64,000 nt of DNA, taken from the sequence record SRR22947727_4435; one strand, 5' to 3'. Position 1 is the stretch's first letter; the number at the start of each line of letters is the position of its first letter. The notes under the pieces were generated by a model that ran no database searches, had not been told where the DNA came from, and worked only from the letters and a program-made list of their open reading frames with translations. This document shows, one piece after another, positions 59,907-64,000 of this stretch. The translations under genes and the position numbers were made by a program.

Positions 59907-61556
59907 GTGGATCACGGGGCACCGCTGGGGGCGTGGGGCGAGACGCCGTCGGGACGGGTTCTCGACCCGAGAACCGAGGCTTTCGCGCGCGCACGCCTGG
60001 GTGAGCCGCTCGGTGCCCCCGATCCGAGCGAGACCGCCGGAAGGATCGCTGGAAGAAGCGCTGCAGAAGACTCTGCGCTGACGCCCGAGCGGATGCGCGC
60101 GCTCTTCCCGGGCGTGGAGTGGAGTCTCGACGCGTCCATGCGTGCGCGGTTCTCGCGTGGCATGTCCTACCTGAACTTAATGAGTTGGCGGGCGGGAGAG
60201 GCGGCTCGGCTACCCGACGCTGTGGTCTTTCCGGCGAGTCACGAACATGTTCTCGAAGTGCTCGCCGCGTGCTCGGCGCAGGGCATCGCGGTGGTGCCCG
60301 TCGGTGGCGGAACATCGGTCACCGGTGGCGTGGACACCCCCGACCTCGACACGGTGGTGGTGTGCTCGTTGGATCGCATGTCCGAGGTGCAGAACCTGGA
60401 TGCCGAGTCCGGGATAGTCACCGTCCAAGCCGGCGCGACGGGCCCGCAACTGGAGTCCTACCTGAATGAGCTCGGCTGGACCCTGGGCCACTTTCCGCAA
60501 TCTTTCGAGCGAGCAACCATCGGTGGCTATATCGCGACCCGTTCCTCGGGCCAATCCTCGAGCGGCTACGGACGGATCGAAGACCTTCTCGTGGGTGCCG
60601 AGCTCGCCACGCCGGTCGGGACACTGTCGGTCGGTGGCTATCCCGCGTCCGCGACCGGCCCCGATCTGCGCCACGTGGTACTAGGAAGTGAGGGTGCGCT
60701 GGGAATCGTCACCTCCGCCGACCTGCGCGTTCGAGCGTTTCCCACGTTTCGCGAGTACTCCGCGGCGATCGTGCCTGGAGATTTCTCTGCGGCCGCCAAT
60801 GTCGTTCGCGCATTGACGCGTTCACCGCTGCGACCCACGATCATGCGCGCATCGGATGAAGCCGAAACGAAGGCGTTGCTGACGATGTCGGGACCAGGCG
60901 GTGTGCTCGGTGGGGCCTTCTCGACGTACGTGCGCCTACGTCGAGCCCTTCCGGGTTCGTTGATCATTTTGGGGTGGGAGTCGGAGTCGGCTACCACGCT
61001 GGCAGCAATGCGCGCCTTCGCCCGTGAAACCCTCGCCGATGCAGGAGCGGTATCCATAGGTGGTCGCCCCGGTCGCGCGTGGGTTGCTTCACGGTTCCTT
61101 GGTCCCTACCAGCGCGACGCGTTGATGGACGCGGGATACCTGGTGGAGACGTTCGAGACCGTCGTGGTGTGGTCCGCCATTGATGACACTCACCACACGC
61201 TTGCGAAGGTCGTTCGCGCGCAGCTCGGCGACGACAGTTACGTCATGGCGCACATCTCGCACAGTTACGAGGTCGGAGCCTCGCTGTATTTCACGGTCCT
61301 GGCCGGGGCGCGCAGCGATCCACTGGTATCGATGGACCGATGGCGGTCAGCGAAGGCCGCCATCATGGGCGCGCTGGCCGAGTGCGGTGCCGCCGTCAGT
61401 CACCACCATGGAGTGGGGCGCGACCACCGCGACTACATGCCTCCAGCCATCGGACCTGTTGGCGAGGACATCCTTCGGGCGATGAAGACGACTCTCGACC
61501 CCGGGTGGATCATGAACCCCGGCGCACTGGTGAACCGCCCGGATGGACAGCGATGA
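59907..61556 (+). CDS. FAD-binding oxidoreductase, alkyl-DHAP synthase-like
   Basis: GGGTSVTGG, GHFPQSFE..TIGGYIATRSSGQ, GSEGALG, HISHSY, SHHHGVG. Confidence 0.88.
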   Translation: MDHGAPLGAWGETPSGRVLDPRTEAFARARLGEPLGAPDPSETAGRIAGRSAAEDSALTPERMRALFPGVEWSLDASMRARFSRGMSYLNLMSWRAGEAARLPDAVVFPASHEHVLEVLAACSAQGIAVVPVGGGTSVTGGVDTPDLDTVVVCSLDRMSEVQNLDAESGIVTVQAGATGPQLESYLNELGWTLGHFPQSFERATIGGYIATRSSGQSSSGYGRIEDLLVGAELATPVGTLSVGGYPASATGPDLRHVVLGSEGALGIVTSADLRVRAFPTFREYSAAIVPGDFSAAANVVRALTRSPLRPTIMRASDEAETKALLTMSGPGGVLGGAFSTYVRLRRALPGSLIILGWESESATTLAAMRAFARETLADAGAVSIGGRPGRAWVASRFLGPYQRDALMDAGYLVETFETVVVWSAIDDTHHTLAKVVRAQLGDDSYVMAHISHSYEVGASLYFTVLAGARSDPLVSMDRWRSAKAAIMGALAECGAAVSHHHGVGRDHRDYMPPAIGPVGEDILRAMKTTLDPGWIMNPGALVNRPDGQR

Positions 61557-63856
61557 GAGAGCACATGACGGCAACCGTCCGTGGCCTCGTCGTCTTCGGT
61601 GCCGTCTGGCAAGCATTGTGGTTCGTCGGAGACCCGACGCTGCGCGAGACGGTGACCGCGGGGGTTCGCGATCTCGCATCGCTTCTCATCGCCGCGTCGA
61701 TCATTGCCTGGTTGGCAACCTGGGTGGCGCTGTTTGGCCCACGTCGGAGCCTGCGTGTTGCTCGGCGAATACAGATATCGGCGATGGCCGCTCTAGCTGC
61801 CTCCGGGCTGATCTTGATGGCAAATTCAGTCACCGGGGCGGACGGCTGGCTGGTGGGAGCGTCGATCGTCAACCTCGCGTCCGGCCTGGCCGGTCTGATT
61901 CTTGCCCGCCGAGTGGCCGTCATCGTGATTACCGCCATGGTCACCGTCGACGCGGTGCTCGTGTCGGTTGTGGTGGTTGCAGGTCAGGCGGGGCAGGCAT
62001 GGTCGCTGGTGATGGTGTACCCGCTGTACGCGTTCACCCTGGGCCTCGGGTGTACTGCAGCTCGCAACGGCCTGTTGCGATCGGCGATGGATAGAGACGA
62101 CTCGGCAGCCGAGCTTCGCAATCAACACCACGCACGGGCAACGAGCGAGTACGCCGACGCATCGATTGCCTCTGCGGAAACCCGGCTTCACGAAACGGTC
62201 CTCAACACCTTGACGGCTATCGAACGGGGAGGTTTCGGTAGTGATGCCGACACTAGGAATCGCTTGCGCGAGCGCGCCGAGGAGTCAGCCGAGGTATTGA
62301 CGTTGTTGTCCGAAGGATCGATGGCGGGCCTGTCATGGACCGGAGACCTTCGTGTTGACCTTGCCGGTGCCATCGTCGACCTGGAGGCCACGGGCGTGCG
62401 TGTGCACCTGGTCGGTGACCTGAGTCGAGACGTGGCCGGTGGAGAAATCGATGACGCCGCCTTCGCCGCTCTTGGGAGCGCTGTTCGAGAGTCACTGATC
62501 AACGCGCATAGGCATGCGCATGCCAACACGGTGACGGTGGAGGGGCGGGTAGTCCACGAGTCGCGACAGGCTCAGTGGAGCGTTCGCGTTGAAGACGACG
62601 GCTGTGGCGTTGGTGGATCCCCCCCGGGCTTTGGGATCAGCAGCGTCATCGGCGAGGGCGTGGAAAGCGTCGGGGGTCGATCGACGGTGAGTAGTATTCC
62701 TCAAGGTGGAACGCGTGTGACGCTCAACGTGCCGACGACGGCGTACGTTCCTGCTCGATCGGTCAACTCGATGTCGCCGCTGCGGGCTGTGGGTGTGCCG
62801 ATGGTGTCCGCGTTCACCCTCTTCACGGCGTATTCCGCCCTGGTGACGTGGAACTTCGCCCAGCGGCCCGCCGTCAATGTCTTGGCTCTCGCACTGTTCG
62901 TGTCTACGGCCGCCGTCTTGCTTTTCGCCTCGCGGGAACGGCGATACACATGGATGCCATCGTGGGTGTGCGCCATGGCGCTCGTCTTGGTGCCCGCCAT
63001 GATGTTGGTGGAGGTCCAGGCCCAAGCCTTACGCAACCCGCTGGGGGATTGGACGTCCGAAGTCAGCGCAGTCTTCCTCTTTGTCATCGTGGCGACGGGG
63101 CCTCGATGGACGGGGCCGCTGGCGATTATTGCGTGGTTGGTTGGCCAAGAATGGCAGTTGGGAGAACTCGCGAAGCCGGGAACGTTCGTCATCGTTATCG
63201 CCATGGTGATGGGATGGATTCTGCGGCGGATGTATCGGCAGACGCAGTCGGACCGTCAGCAGGCGGAGGTGGAGCGCGCGGCTCTGGCGCGGAGCCGAGA
63301 CAAGTTGGCGAACGCACAACAGCGATACGCCAATGTCGACACCGATGCGTTGAGCGAGATTCTTCGCGGTATCGCTCGAGGAGACATCGACCCGGACGAC
63401 GATGATGTGCGACAGGCGTGTGCACGAAGTGAGCAGATGTTGAGATCGGTGATGCGCCTTCGGCCCGAGTCCTCGATGATCGAGCGTGACCTGCTGCGGT
63501 TGGTCGCGGTGGCTCACGATCGGGACATCGAGTTAAACGTGGTGGTCGCGGACCGCGTGTCTGCTCGTGCCGGCCTAGATACGTTCGATGATGTGCGGCA
63601 ACTTCTCGACGTCGCCGTGCGGGGATCCTCGGCGCGGGCAACGATCTCCCACGACGCGGAGGGATTCGTCTTCCGATTCGTGGCTCACGTCGACCCGACG
63701 AAGGGTTCACGAGTGTGTGATCACTGCGAGGTTTTGGACCAAGAGCAGGGGCTTGTGTCCATCGAGGAGCGCTGGCACGAGCCCGCCGGTGGGTCACCGG
63801 AACCCAGAGCGGTGTCCGTCGAAGAGCAACTCTCAGCGCAGGTATCGGGGGTCTAG
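61553..63856 (+). CDS. Membrane sensor histidine kinase (HisKA_3 + HATPase_c) with a second TM block and degenerate C-terminal module
   Basis: RLHETVLNTL (H box), ESLINAHRHA (N), VEDDGCG (G1), GFGI, GGTRV; ATGA overlap with the upstream gene. Confidence 0.85.
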   Translation: MREHMTATVRGLVVFGAVWQALWFVGDPTLRETVTAGVRDLASLLIAASIIAWLATWVALFGPRRSLRVARRIQISAMAALAASGLILMANSVTGADGWLVGASIVNLASGLAGLILARRVAVIVITAMVTVDAVLVSVVVVAGQAGQAWSLVMVYPLYAFTLGLGCTAARNGLLRSAMDRDDSAAELRNQHHARATSEYADASIASAETRLHETVLNTLTAIERGGFGSDADTRNRLRERAEESAEVLTLLSEGSMAGLSWTGDLRVDLAGAIVDLEATGVRVHLVGDLSRDVAGGEIDDAAFAALGSAVRESLINAHRHAHANTVTVEGRVVHESRQAQWSVRVEDDGCGVGGSPPGFGISSVIGEGVESVGGRSTVSSIPQGGTRVTLNVPTTAYVPARSVNSMSPLRAVGVPMVSAFTLFTAYSALVTWNFAQRPAVNVLALALFVSTAAVLLFASRERRYTWMPSWVCAMALVLVPAMMLVEVQAQALRNPLGDWTSEVSAVFLFVIVATGPRWTGPLAIIAWLVGQEWQLGELAKPGTFVIVIAMVMGWILRRMYRQTQSDRQQAEVERAALARSRDKLANAQQRYANVDTDALSEILRGIARGDIDPDDDDVRQACARSEQMLRSVMRLRPESSMIERDLLRLVAVAHDRDIELNVVVADRVSARAGLDTFDDVRQLLDVAVRGSSARATISHDAEGFVFRFVAHVDPTKGSRVCDHCEVLDQEQGLVSIEERWHEPAGGSPEPRAVSVEEQLSAQVSGV

Positions 63857-63860
63857 TCCG

Positions 63861-64000
63861 GTGGAGCAGCAGCAAGCAGCGGTGTCGGTCGCGGTCGTCG
63901 ATGACCACGAACTCGTGCGTCAGGGTCTGGCGTCACTCCTGGTGGGCGCCATCGTCTCCGGCCGCCAGGTCGAGCTGGTGTATGTGGGAGGTAGCGTCCA
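63861..64000 (+). CDS. Response regulator receiver domain, NarL-like (partial, runs off the window)
   Basis: VEQQQAAVSVAVVDDHELVRQGLASLL, 4 nt after the kinase stop; not in the ORF track. Confidence 0.85.
   Translation, partial: MEQQQAAVSVAVVDDHELVRQGLASLLVGAIVSGRQVELVYVGGSV

Overview
High-GC Actinomycetota chromosomal window. The backbone is the conserved translation/isoprenoid gene order: rpsB(3' end)-tsf-pyrH-frr-cdsA-rlmN, then dxr-rseP-ispG-GNAT-proS, rimP-nusA-ylxR-infB-rbfA-truB-ribF-rpsO-pnp-M16 peptidase, then dapB. Accessory blocks interrupt it. (1) About 4.5-23.5 kb: acyl-CoA synthetase, LysR with a divergent PnuC-like fusion protein, a MocR-associated reductive pyrimidine catabolism operon carrying an F420-type luciferase-like oxidoreductase instead of a classical dihydropyrimidine dehydrogenase, Zn-ADH, surface nuclease, ketose epimerase, DEDDh exonuclease, a 5'-truncated tRNA(CAT) and a GH-A lipoprotein. 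(2) About 46.9-55.9 kb: a LacI-regulated sugar operon with three kinases, a LacD-type aldolase and an ABC importer with an unusually basic binding protein. (3) About 57.2-64 kb: azlCD, a divergent GlpD/alkyl-DHAP-synthase-like pair, a two-module sensor kinase and the start of a response regulator. The most unusual non-gene signals are a chain of three ATGA-linked micro-ORFs in the infB leader, a 4-codon bridging ORF between cdsA and rlmN, a probable CTG start for azlC, and many leaderless-type promoters. I saw no CRISPR array, rRNA, integrase or transposase. All family calls come from motif recognition by eye, not database searches.
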